Assembly (NCBI GenBank): GCA_938091745.1
Contig: CALLJK010000014.1
Coordinates: 16,331-80,330 of the forward strand
From: Candidatus Bipolaricaulota bacterium
Lineage (GTDB): Bacteria > Bipolaricaulota > Bipolaricaulia > RBG-16-55-9 > DRXL01
Reading direction: 5' to 3'
DNA: 64,000 nucleotides
Part shown: positions 47,841 to 55,972 of the stretch, one piece after another
Layout of the letters: the number at the start of each line of letters is the position of its first letter
Numbering within the stretch: the first letter of the stretch is position 1
Notes under the pieces: model-generated
Seen by the model: only the letters and a program-made list of their open reading frames with translations
Told to the model about the DNA's origin: nothing
The model's database searches: none
Position numbers and translations under genes: made by a program

Positions 47841-50018
47841 TCACTCTCTTTTAGGCTTTATATGTGCCAGGCGCAGCGCGTTGCCCGTCACGGCCAGCGA
47901 CGCGCCCATGTCGCCCACAAGCACAGCTAATACTAACGTCACATAGCCGGGGAAGACCCCTAAACCCAGACTGAGCTTGGTCAAGATCGAGAAGAAGATA
48001 TTTTGTTGAATAACGCGCCGCGCCCGACGGCTCAGCTCAATGAGATAGGGCAGCTTGCTCAAATCGTCGCTCATGAGCGCGACGTGCGCCGTCTCCAGAG
48101 CTGCGTCTGTGCCGATCGCGCCCATGGCGATCCCGACAGTAGAAGCTGCTAAGGCCGGGGCGTCGTTGACCCCGTCGCCGACCATTGCGACTTTGCCGTA
48201 TTGCCGTAAGAGCTTCTGAATCTCTGAGACCTTCCCGTCAGGCAGCACCCCAGCATGATAGTGCGCGATGCCCAACTGGTGCGCGACAGCTTGAGCTGTG
48301 CCCTCATTGTCACCCGTGATCATCACGACTTCCAGACCTAATTCTCGCAGGCGCTGGATCGTCGTGGGCGCTTCGGGGCGGATTTTGTCAGCTATGGCGA
48401 TCAGTCCCATAAGTTTTTCTGCTAGGCCCACGCCGACAACTGTCTTGGCTTGAGATTCTAAGCGTACAGCTTCGCTGTGGGAAGAGTTGGGGAAGAGCTG
48501 GAGCTTGCCGACACGATACTCTCTCCCATCAAGGTGGGCCTGCACACCCTGACCCGTCAGAGAAACGAAATCTTGCGCGTCAGGGAGCGCTTGCACAGGC
48601 GCGCTCTGCTCATAATAGCGCACGATCGCGCGCGCGATGGGGTGCTGGCTCTTGCTCTCTAGAGCTGCCGCGATGCGCACTATCTCTTCGGGTGAGGAGC
48701 CATCGAGCGCGATCACATCGGTGACAGCAAGCTCCCCGGTGGTGAGCGTCCCCGTCTTGTCGAAGACAATAGTTTTGATCTGCCCAAGCTCTTCTACGTA
48801 GGCGCCGCCCTTGATGAGCACGCCGTGGCGAGCAGCACTGGTTATCGCTGAAATGATCGAGACCGGGGTCGAGATGAGCAACGCACACGGGCAAGCGATA
48901 ACTAGCAGCGCGAGCGCGCGGGAGAACCATTCTGCGAACGGGGCACCAAAGAGCAGCGAGGGAATGGTCGCAACACCCAACGCTACAGCTACAACGCTTG
49001 GTGTGTAGTACTTGGCAAAACGGTCAACGAACTTCTCCACAGGCGCTCGCTGCGCTTCGGCTTCTTCGACCAAGTGAATGATCTTAGCGAGCGTCGTGTC
49101 TTTGGCACGTTTGGTGACTCGAATCTCTAGATAGCCCTCGTGGTTGATCGTGCCGGCAGAGACCGCATCGCCCGGCTGCTTCTCGACGGGCACCGACTCG
49201 CCAGTGATCGGCGCTTGATTGACCGAAGAACTGCCCGACAGCACGAGGCCGTCGAGGGCGATGCGCTCGCCGGGCTTCACCACAAGAGTCTCGCCAAGCT
49301 CGATCTGATCGAGAGGGAGCAGAAGCTCTTGGCCGTTGCGGCGCACGCGGGCTTCGCTGGGGGCGAGCTTCATCAGCTCGCGCAATGAGCGTCGTGCGCG
49401 CTCGACGGAAAACTCTTCAAGAAGCTCGGCGAGCGCAAAGAGAAACGCCAGGCTCGCCGCCTCGACGTATTCTCCAATAAGAATGGCCCCGACAATGGCG
49501 AGGCTCATCAGAAAGTTAATGCCCAGCGAGAACGTCTTTAATGCGTGAAGGCCCCGACGCGCAAAATGATATGCCCCGAAGAAGACCGCAGCTAAATACA
49601 GCATCGTCGAGAGCGTCAGTGTGCGCTCCCACAAGACCATCAGCGTCGGATCGAGCTTAAAGACTGAAAGCGCTAAGCCAAGAGCGAGCAGCACCCCAGA
49701 GACCCCCGTGAAGAGTGCTTCGCGGCGTCTCCACAGGGGCTTGGGCGTACTCGCTTCTTCATGGGCGCGGCGCGTCGTGTAACCGATGCGCCCTATATGC
49801 TCGATGAGCTGTGCGCGATCTAGCGTATGAGGGCGATAGCGCACGCGCAGCGTGCTTGTAGAAAAATTCACTTTGGCTTCGGTCACGCCGTGCAGACGAC
49901 TGATGGACTGCTCTAATTCGCTTGCGCAGCCGGCGCAGTGCATCCCTTCGACGCTAAACTCTTCAGTGTTCTCATCCATATGCTGATCACAGTTAAAGAG
50001 CGCATGCCTCAATTTCAA
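47841..50018 (-). CDS. Heavy-metal translocating P1B-type ATPase (Cd/Zn/Pb-type, CadA/ZntA-like)
   Basis: N-terminal HMA (GMHCAGCA), CPC motif in TM6 (ACPCALLISTP), DKTGT phosphorylation site, GDGVNDAP hinge. Confidence 0.85.
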   Translation of the reverse strand: MKLRHALFNCDQHMDENTEEFSVEGMHCAGCASELEQSISRLHGVTEAKVNFSTSTLRVRYRPHTLDRAQLIEHIGRIGYTTRRAHEEASTPKPLWRRREALFTGVSGVLLALGLALSVFKLDPTLMVLWERTLTLSTMLYLAAVFFGAYHFARRGLHALKTFSLGINFLMSLAIVGAILIGEYVEAASLAFLFALAELLEEFSVERARRSLRELMKLAPSEARVRRNGQELLLPLDQIELGETLVVKPGERIALDGLVLSGSSSVNQAPITGESVPVEKQPGDAVSAGTINHEGYLEIRVTKRAKDTTLAKIIHLVEEAEAQRAPVEKFVDRFAKYYTPSVVAVALGVATIPSLLFGAPFAEWFSRALALLVIACPCALLISTPVSIISAITSAARHGVLIKGGAYVEELGQIKTIVFDKTGTLTTGELAVTDVIALDGSSPEEIVRIAAALESKSQHPIARAIVRYYEQSAPVQALPDAQDFVSLTGQGVQAHLDGREYRVGKLQLFPNSSHSEAVRLESQAKTVVGVGLAEKLMGLIAIADKIRPEAPTTIQRLRELGLEVVMITGDNEGTAQAVAHQLGIAHYHAGVLPDGKVSEIQKLLRQYGKVAMVGDGVNDAPALAASTVGIAMGAIGTDAALETAHVALMSDDLSKLPYLIELSRRARRVIQQNIFFSILTKLSLGLGVFPGYVTLVLAVLVGDMGASLAVTGNALRLAHIKPKRE

Positions 50019-50580
50019 GGATCAGCCCGTTGAGGTGCTCACGCACTGACTCTACTTGAAAGCCATTGGCCTGCACTAAGCTCAAGGTATCTCGGTTGAG
50101 ATGGCACCCACTAGCAATGTGCTTCCACAATGGTGTTACAAGGTCCTGAACTCGTGCACCTAGAGGGTTAGGCATACGTACGTGCTCGATCAGTTTAAAC
50201 TGCCCATGAGGCTTGAGCACCCGATGAACTTCGCTCAGGGCTTGGAGGGGATCCGTCACTGTGCAGAAGACAAGCGTCGCAACGACTGTGTCAAATGAGC
50301 GATCAGCAAACGGAAGCGCTTCAGCATGAGCAGCGAGCAGCGTCACAGGGCGTCCGAGAGCGTGAGCGCGCTGGCGCGCACGTTCGAGAAAGCCCTCGTT
50401 AGGGTCAATGCCTGTCAGCTCTGTCTCTGCTGGGTAATACGGCAGATTCGCGCCCGTGCCGATGCCGAGCTCCAGCACACGCCCGCGGGCTGTGCCGACG
50501 AGGCGTCGACGCAGCTCGTGCATAAAGAGCTTTTCCACGGGTCGCATCACCCCGTCGTAGATCGCCGCATGCATGGTCAT
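49993..50580 (-). CDS. Class I SAM-dependent methyltransferase
   Basis: Motif I VLELGIGTGAN plus post-I/II motifs. 195 aa. Overlaps the start of the P-type ATPase gene. Confidence 0.7.
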   Translation of the reverse strand: MTMHAAIYDGVMRPVEKLFMHELRRRLVGTARGRVLELGIGTGANLPYYPAETELTGIDPNEGFLERARQRAHALGRPVTLLAAHAEALPFADRSFDTVVATLVFCTVTDPLQALSEVHRVLKPHGQFKLIEHVRMPNPLGARVQDLVTPLWKHIASGCHLNRDTLSLVQANGFQVESVREHLNGLILEIEACAL

Positions 50581-50599
50581 TATTCAGCCTTCTTTACCA

Positions 50600-51004
50600 T
50601 CATCGCGCTGCTCCGTCGAGGATCGCTCGGATTTCCGCGTCGATCTTCTGAGGCAGATCGCCGACTTGCTGGACGGCTTGCGGGAAGATCTGCGGCATCA
50701 CGGCTCCCGGTCGCATCGCCGCGATCTTTGTCTTCCCCTTGTCGGTGAAAATTAAGATACTGCACGGCATAAACAGCCCTGTCAGGCGCTCCGCGCCCAT
50801 CAGCGCATGAGCGTGCCCTGGAGCGCAGATGTCTAAAGATTTGACTTGCTCTGTTTGGGGGAAGCCTTTGGCCGCTAAGATCTCTGAAAAGTCATAATCC
50901 CCCAAGATGCCCCACTTCTGGGCTTCCGCGGCCTTGCGCACCGCGACCACAGCGTCCTGAAACGACTTGCTCGTCTCAACGACGTACACGAAATTCTGGG
51001 TCAT
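50600..51004 (-). CDS. DUF302 domain protein
   Basis: DUF302-like core (...KWGILGDYDFSEILAAKGF...). Start set at the internal ATG preceded by AGGAGG; the track ORF extends to 51028. Confidence 0.6.
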   Translation of the reverse strand: MTQNFVYVVETSKSFQDAVVAVRKAAEAQKWGILGDYDFSEILAAKGFPQTEQVKSLDICAPGHAHALMGAERLTGLFMPCSILIFTDKGKTKIAAMRPGAVMPQIFPQAVQQVGDLPQKIDAEIRAILDGAAR

Positions 51005-51024
51005 GGCGTACCTCCTTTGCAGGT

Positions 51025-52149
51025 TCATCGTTTGATTAGAGGCTCAAGAATCAACAAGACGATATCAAGCACGAAGAGCACGACGATCAGGAACTCTAAG
51101 ACTAAGAGCTGGCGTGCCTGCGTGCGTTCGTACAGCAATTCATAGAGGCTCTCGACCGTGGCGAGCTTCTGGCGCACGCTCGCCTCCCATGCGTTCAATC
51201 CAAAGCGCGTCGCCGCAGCGTTGTAGACCCGCGCAAGATACGGATCTCCCATCAACTTGAGCGAGTTCGTCACCTTCTCCATCACCTCGGAGACGTCGAG
51301 CTTCACTTCCGAGAGATAATCAATGACCGCTGCAAACGGGCGCAATGTGAGAATACTCGGCTTCTTCTCTAAGTCGTCATAGGCGCGATCCAAGACCCGG
51401 TCGAGCAATGCGTCGTAGGTGCGCAACTCCAGCAGCATCGCGACGGCGTACTCTAAGACATCGGGGACGTCATAGCTCTGTCGCGGATCATAGAGAAACG
51501 CCGCGTTCCAATCTATAAGCGCTAGCTCGTCTTCGTAGTACGAGAGGGGCTGACGAATCGCTTCTGAAAGTTCCGAAGTGCTCAAGGGTTCGATCTCGCA
51601 GCGCAAGACCTTGGCGATCTCGGCGCCATACCCTGAGAGAAGCTCCTGGGCGCTCAAGGGGCGCTCAAACTGCTTAATCGAGAAGATCGCATAATCCTCC
51701 CATTCTGTCTCGACAGCGTGCGAAGCCTGAACGATGCCCGGAGCTAAAGCCCCCTGCAGCCGCTGGAGCTGCTCGCGCGCAAGCTGATAGATTTTAGGGT
51801 TGCCTACCAACTCTGCCGCTACCCCGACGAGATCCTTGAGTTCTCCTTGCAGCGGGAGCTTGAAGATAATGCTGATGACGCCAAAATCATAGAGCTTCGC
51901 CCGACAGACCGCCGGGGCGTAGTGCGGGCTCAGAGCAAACTGCCCCAGCTCGATGAGCAGCGGCGGACGGCGATACTGCACATACGCCGGGGTGAGGCGC
52001 TCGACGACCAGGTGCGATGTCGTCGGCGCTTCTCCGAAGATGCGCTCGATCTTGTCTAAGAGAATCTCGTCGCCCACGTCGAAACAGTAATAGAGCAAGA
52101 GCGAGCCATGTTCTATGCGTAGTGACTTATCAGCTTGAATCTGCCTCAT
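51025..52149 (-). CDS. Hypothetical protein with C-terminal TM anchor, possibly RMD1/YagE (DUF155) family
   Basis: 374 aa soluble body ending in a single TM (LLVLEFLIVVLFVLDIVLLILEPLI). The family assignment is only a guess from architecture. Confidence 0.3.
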   Translation of the reverse strand: MRQIQADKSLRIEHGSLLLYYCFDVGDEILLDKIERIFGEAPTTSHLVVERLTPAYVQYRRPPLLIELGQFALSPHYAPAVCRAKLYDFGVISIIFKLPLQGELKDLVGVAAELVGNPKIYQLAREQLQRLQGALAPGIVQASHAVETEWEDYAIFSIKQFERPLSAQELLSGYGAEIAKVLRCEIEPLSTSELSEAIRQPLSYYEDELALIDWNAAFLYDPRQSYDVPDVLEYAVAMLLELRTYDALLDRVLDRAYDDLEKKPSILTLRPFAAVIDYLSEVKLDVSEVMEKVTNSLKLMGDPYLARVYNAAATRFGLNAWEASVRQKLATVESLYELLYERTQARQLLVLEFLIVVLFVLDIVLLILEPLIKR

Positions 52150-52161
52150 AGATAGCTTGTT

Positions 52162-52539
52162 CTATGATGCTGTGCTGAGCGCTAGCGCGCCGCCGATCAC
52201 GCCGAGCACTCCCGCCAACAAGCCTCCCATGCCAAAGAAGAAATTGAGCGCTGACGCGATCAATATAACAATTCCCCACGTCTGGCGCTGCTCCGGCTTG
52301 GCATAGAGCATCGCTGCTCCCACCAAGACGACGATCCCAGCAATAATACCAAACCACGGCCACCACAGCGTCGGGGCGAAGCCTCGCATCATGCCGTGGC
52401 CCCACATCCAGCCGCCCATTCCCCACTCCCCCACCCCAGACATCATAGCCCCGGAAGCCAGCATCCATAAGCCCGCTAAGAGCGAGAGCACAAACGCCGC
52501 AATGGGCTTCTCTGCCGTCGGCTGTTGACCCTCTTGCAT
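52162..52539 (-). CDS. Small integral membrane protein (Gly/Trp/Met-rich)
   Basis: Start set at the internal ATG with RBS AAGGAGG; the track ORF extends to 52647. Contains three or four hydrophobic helices. Confidence 0.45.
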   Translation of the reverse strand: MQEGQQPTAEKPIAAFVLSLLAGLWMLASGAMMSGVGEWGMGGWMWGHGMMRGFAPTLWWPWFGIIAGIVVLVGAAMLYAKPEQRQTWGIVILIASALNFFFGMGGLLAGVLGVIGGALALSTAS

Positions 52540-52639
52540 AATTGCCTCCTTAAAAGTTATATTAGCACTTCTGATCTTTGGTAGCCAACGCAAGTCTTGG
52601 ACGAAACAGATTTCTCGGTCATGGCGCACATCCTTATCT

Positions 52640-53842
52640 TCATTCATAGCGTAGGGCCTCCACAGGAGGCAACTTCGCTGCTGTACGCGCAGGGAAGAAC
52701 CCCGATAGCGCCCCCAACACGAACGAGAAGACCAAAACGCTCAGCATCAGTCCTGGCGAGAACCCGACTTCCAACGTCGTCCCCGACAGAAAGATCGGCG
52801 CTAAAAACTTAATACCCACGGCGATCCCTAGCCCAGCTAACGCGCCCAACAGCCCACCGATCAGCCCCATAAACCCCGACTCCAACAGAAAGAGCGTCAA
52901 GATGTGCCGCCGCCGCGCGCCGACGGCCTTCATCACGCCGATCTCGCGCGTCCGCTCCAGCACTGCTGTGTACATCGTGTTCATCACGCCGACGCCGCCC
53001 ACTAACAATGAGATCGCTGCGATCCCGCCCAACGCTGCTTGCAGAATTCCTACTAAGTTCTGCATGAGATCGAGCATCTCGCCCGTCGTATGGACGTTGA
53101 GATCGTCCTTGCCGCGCTGCTCCTTGACAACACGACGGACTTCTTTCGCAATAGAAGCAACGTCATGGCCGGCGTGCCCGTGCTGGGCAGTGCGAATGAG
53201 CACCAGTGACAGCTTATTGTGCTCGCCGACCAGCTCCTGGAGTGTTGCGATGGGGATCATGATCGCGTAGTTGACATCGGGGTCGGCGCGTTTTTCTAAG
53301 ATCCCGACGACCTCAAACTCCAGCGTCTCGATAGTGAACCTGTCGCCCACGGAAAGCTCCAAATCTTGCGCGATAGTGCTCCCGAGAACGGCTGTCTGGG
53401 TCTCACCGGGAGTGAGCCCTCGTCCAAGGGCAGGCTTATAGTAATTACTGAAAGACTGCATCAGCTCCGGGGCTATGCCCCACGTCAGAAGATACCCTTC
53501 GCGCCGTCCCGCACTGATATACGGCGTCTTCACTAAGACGCCGCCGACAGCCTCGACGCCAGGGATCTTTTCTAACGGAGCCAAATCGAGCTGGAACGTG
53601 TGCGCGCCGAGCAACGCGCCCATGCCCAGACGATGCTCGCCATGCCCAGCGATCATCACGACGTTATACCCAAACGCTTCGAACTCTTGCGTGATAGACT
53701 TCTGCATCCCTTGGCCTAGTGAGACCAGTGCGACTACCGCAGCAACGCCAATTAAAATACCTAAGATCGTGAGCCAACTCCGCTTAGGCCGATGGCGTAG
53801 ATTGCGCACCGAAAGCCTGATATTATCGAGAAGCATAGACAC
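52640..53842 (-). CDS. ABC transporter permease, MacB/LolC-E (FtsX-domain) family
   Basis: 400 aa. N-terminal TM, large periplasmic domain, and C-terminal FtsX-type three-TM bundle. Overlaps the upstream ATPase gene. Confidence 0.8.
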   Translation of the reverse strand: MSMLLDNIRLSVRNLRHRPKRSWLTILGILIGVAAVVALVSLGQGMQKSITQEFEAFGYNVVMIAGHGEHRLGMGALLGAHTFQLDLAPLEKIPGVEAVGGVLVKTPYISAGRREGYLLTWGIAPELMQSFSNYYKPALGRGLTPGETQTAVLGSTIAQDLELSVGDRFTIETLEFEVVGILEKRADPDVNYAIMIPIATLQELVGEHNKLSLVLIRTAQHGHAGHDVASIAKEVRRVVKEQRGKDDLNVHTTGEMLDLMQNLVGILQAALGGIAAISLLVGGVGVMNTMYTAVLERTREIGVMKAVGARRRHILTLFLLESGFMGLIGGLLGALAGLGIAVGIKFLAPIFLSGTTLEVGFSPGLMLSVLVFSFVLGALSGFFPARTAAKLPPVEALRYE

Positions 53843-54530
53843 CTCCTACAGTCACGCTTTTTGTGACCTCCTCGACTAAGCGCCCATCTTTGATGCGTAG
53901 GATGCGCTGCGCGTAGGCTGCTGCTTCAGGGTTATGTGTCACCAAGATGATCGTCTTGCCTTCGCGATGGAGTTGCGCGAGAAGATCCAAAATAGCCTGG
54001 CCCGATTCGGAGTCTAAATTTCCCGTAGGTTCGTCAGCGAGAATGATCTCCGGGTCGTTGGCCAATGCTCGCGCAATGGCGACGCGCTGGCGCTCCCCGC
54101 CAGAGAGCTGTGCTGGCCTGTGATGCGCTCGTTCTTCTAGCCCGACTTTGTGCAGAAGCTCGAGCGCGCGAGCGCGACGCTCCGCGCGAGGCACACCCTG
54201 AAAGAACAAGGGCAGCTCAACGTTCTCTAAAGCTGTGAGCGTCGGGATGAGATTGAACGTCTGAAAGATAAAACCGATCTTCTTCCCGCGAATCTGCGCG
54301 AGCGTGTCTTCATCGAGCTTGGTGATATCGTGGCCGTCGAGTTGCACGAGGCCATCGCTGGGTAAGTCAAGACACCCCAGCAAATGCATCAGCGTAGATT
54401 TTCCCGACCCCGATGGCCCCATGATCGCCACGAACTCTCCGGGCTGAATCGTTAAATCTATGCCGCGCAGCGCCGGGACGTTCACTTCACCCATTGGATA
54501 GACTTTTTGCACGTTCTTCAAGTGAATCAT
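53823..54530 (-). CDS. ABC transporter ATP-binding protein, MacB/LolD-like
   Basis: Walker A GPSGSGKST, Q-loop, signature LSGGERQRVAIARAL, Walker B ILADEPTGNLD. Confidence 0.85.
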   Translation of the reverse strand: MIHLKNVQKVYPMGEVNVPALRGIDLTIQPGEFVAIMGPSGSGKSTLMHLLGCLDLPSDGLVQLDGHDITKLDEDTLAQIRGKKIGFIFQTFNLIPTLTALENVELPLFFQGVPRAERRARALELLHKVGLEERAHHRPAQLSGGERQRVAIARALANDPEIILADEPTGNLDSESGQAILDLLAQLHREGKTIILVTHNPEAAAYAQRILRIKDGRLVEEVTKSVTVGGVYASR

Positions 54531-54554
54531 AGTGATCTCCTTGTATTATGCTCG

Positions 54555-54602
54555 CCCCTCTCCCGTAGATTGCCTACGGGAGAGGGGCACGGGGTGAGGG
54601 CC
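54555..54602. repeat. GC-rich palindromic repeat element copy C (truncated; intergenic inside an operon)
   Basis: CCCCTCTCCCGTAG-ATTGC-CTACGGGAGAGGGG hairpin followed by CACGGGGTGAGGGCC. Shares its inner and right-outer modules with copies A and B; the left outer arm is absent. Confidence 0.75.
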
Positions 54603-54604
54603 TC

Positions 54605-55198
54605 TTATGGTTTCCGTTCGATGCTTAGTAGTTCTGTCAGCGCGACGAGCATCCACTTGTCGCCCTCTTTCTTCTCGATGCGCAAGAGCGGCGGATACGG
54701 CAAAATCTTGCGCGACTCCAGATCGCTGATGGCGACAATCGCCCGTTGGTCCTCAAACTTCGGGTGGGTGTAGACCCCCTTCACGGCCTTAACGCCGCCG
54801 ATCACGATTTCTTCACTCGTGACGAGCTTTGCGCCCTCAGGCAACAGAATTTCTTTGTTGGGCTGGACTTCGCGCGTGTCGAGCGCGCTGATCGGTGTCA
54901 TGTCCAGATACCCCTTGGGGACGTGGGCAAACCCGTGAGAGAAGACCATCACTTGCAGCTGATCCCGCTCTGCGAGCAGCTCGAACGTCTCGGTGACCCG
55001 AAACTTTGAGCCCTCAGGCACGATCTTCAGTGTGAGCGTTGCCGGGCTGGGATCGTTCTCCATATTCGTCAGACGATAGACGACTGTGAGCGTTCCCCCA
55101 CTGTAGGGACCGATGCCGAAGACCTGGGCCAATGCCCAGCCGCCACCAATGAATGTGAGTAACGTCAAAGCAGCAAGTGCGACGTGTAGCCTCTTCAT
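54605..55198 (-). CDS. Hypothetical secreted/periplasmic protein (possible LolA-like partner of the downstream ABC pair)
   Basis: Start set at the internal ATG with RBS AGGAGG and signal peptide MKRLHVALAALTLLTFIGGGWALA; the track ORF extends to 55258. No diagnostic motifs. Confidence 0.45.
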   Translation of the reverse strand: MKRLHVALAALTLLTFIGGGWALAQVFGIGPYSGGTLTVVYRLTNMENDPSPATLTLKIVPEGSKFRVTETFELLAERDQLQVMVFSHGFAHVPKGYLDMTPISALDTREVQPNKEILLPEGAKLVTSEEIVIGGVKAVKGVYTHPKFEDQRAIVAISDLESRKILPYPPLLRIEKKEGDKWMLVALTELLSIERKP

Positions 55199-55281
55199 AA
55201 GCAAGCCTCCTTCTGCTTGGGGCTTTCTCAAGCCCGAATTAGAAATGTAAACGAGCACGCAAACGCTGACGCAGAAGAGAG

Positions 55282-55638
55282 CTACAGCGTAGGGGGATGC
55301 CAGAGGGACACAAGAAAGACAGAGTCTTGGTTTTGCGGTTCACAAGCTATAAAGAACAGAGAGGGCGTGTAGGAGCAAAAATCAGCGATAGTACCAGGCA
55401 GGGCAGGACAAGCCCCGCAACAGAGATCTCCATGAAAACTAAGGCCGACATCGTTCTGCTTGCAACAAGAGTGCGGGAATGACATAGACATTGAAGAAGA
55501 TTGGCCGTGCGTGCTGTGCTCCGTGTGCGCTGAGCGTGCCATCTCTCCCATCCCTAGGTGAAAGGGCGTGAGCCACTGGCTCCCCAGCAGCACGATCAGC
55601 ACCAGACTGAACACAGTTTGATAGTTTCGGTTGCCCAT
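55282..55638 (-). CDS. Small His/Cys-rich membrane-anchored protein in the cop operon (putative metal-binding)
   Basis: N-terminal TM, then HTEHSTHG and Cys pairs (SCCKQND, LCCGAC). Immediately downstream of csoR. Confidence 0.3.
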   Translation of the reverse strand: MGNRNYQTVFSLVLIVLLGSQWLTPFHLGMGEMARSAHTEHSTHGQSSSMSMSFPHSCCKQNDVGLSFHGDLCCGACPALPGTIADFCSYTPSLFFIACEPQNQDSVFLVSLWHPPTL

Positions 55639-55639
55639 G

Positions 55640-55972
55640 TCAAAAATTCTTCAGATACTTAAAAACTTCCATCAGCTCGTCGATCTTCTCCTCGCCCTTG
55701 CCTGATTGAATCGCTTCGGTAAGACAGGTCTGCATATGCCCTTTAGTCAGCATTTGCGCGATCTGGGAGAGCGACGCCTGCACCGCTGCGATCTGTTTTA
55801 AGATCTCGACGCAATACTCTTCGTTTTCGATCATCGTCTCGATGCCCTCGACGTGGCCGCGCACCGTGCGGATGCGCCGCAACAGATCGCGCTTCATCTG
55901 CGGCAGATGCTGGAGCCCGCCGCGCTTGTGAGTCTCTGCATGTGTTGGCATAGCTTGCACTCCTCTCTTCAA
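55640..55972 (-). CDS. csoR: CsoR/RcnR-family metal-sensing transcriptional repressor
   Basis: [36 protein letters not shown] carries the W-X-Y-Z Cys/His signature of CsoR. The ATG overlaps the copA stop (ATGA). The true start may be an internal ATG. Confidence 0.75.
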   Translation of the reverse strand: MKRGVQAMPTHAETHKRGGLQHLPQMKRDLLRRIRTVRGHVEGIETMIENEEYCVEILKQIAAVQASLSQIAQMLTKGHMQTCLTEAIQSGKGEEKIDELMEVFKYLKNF

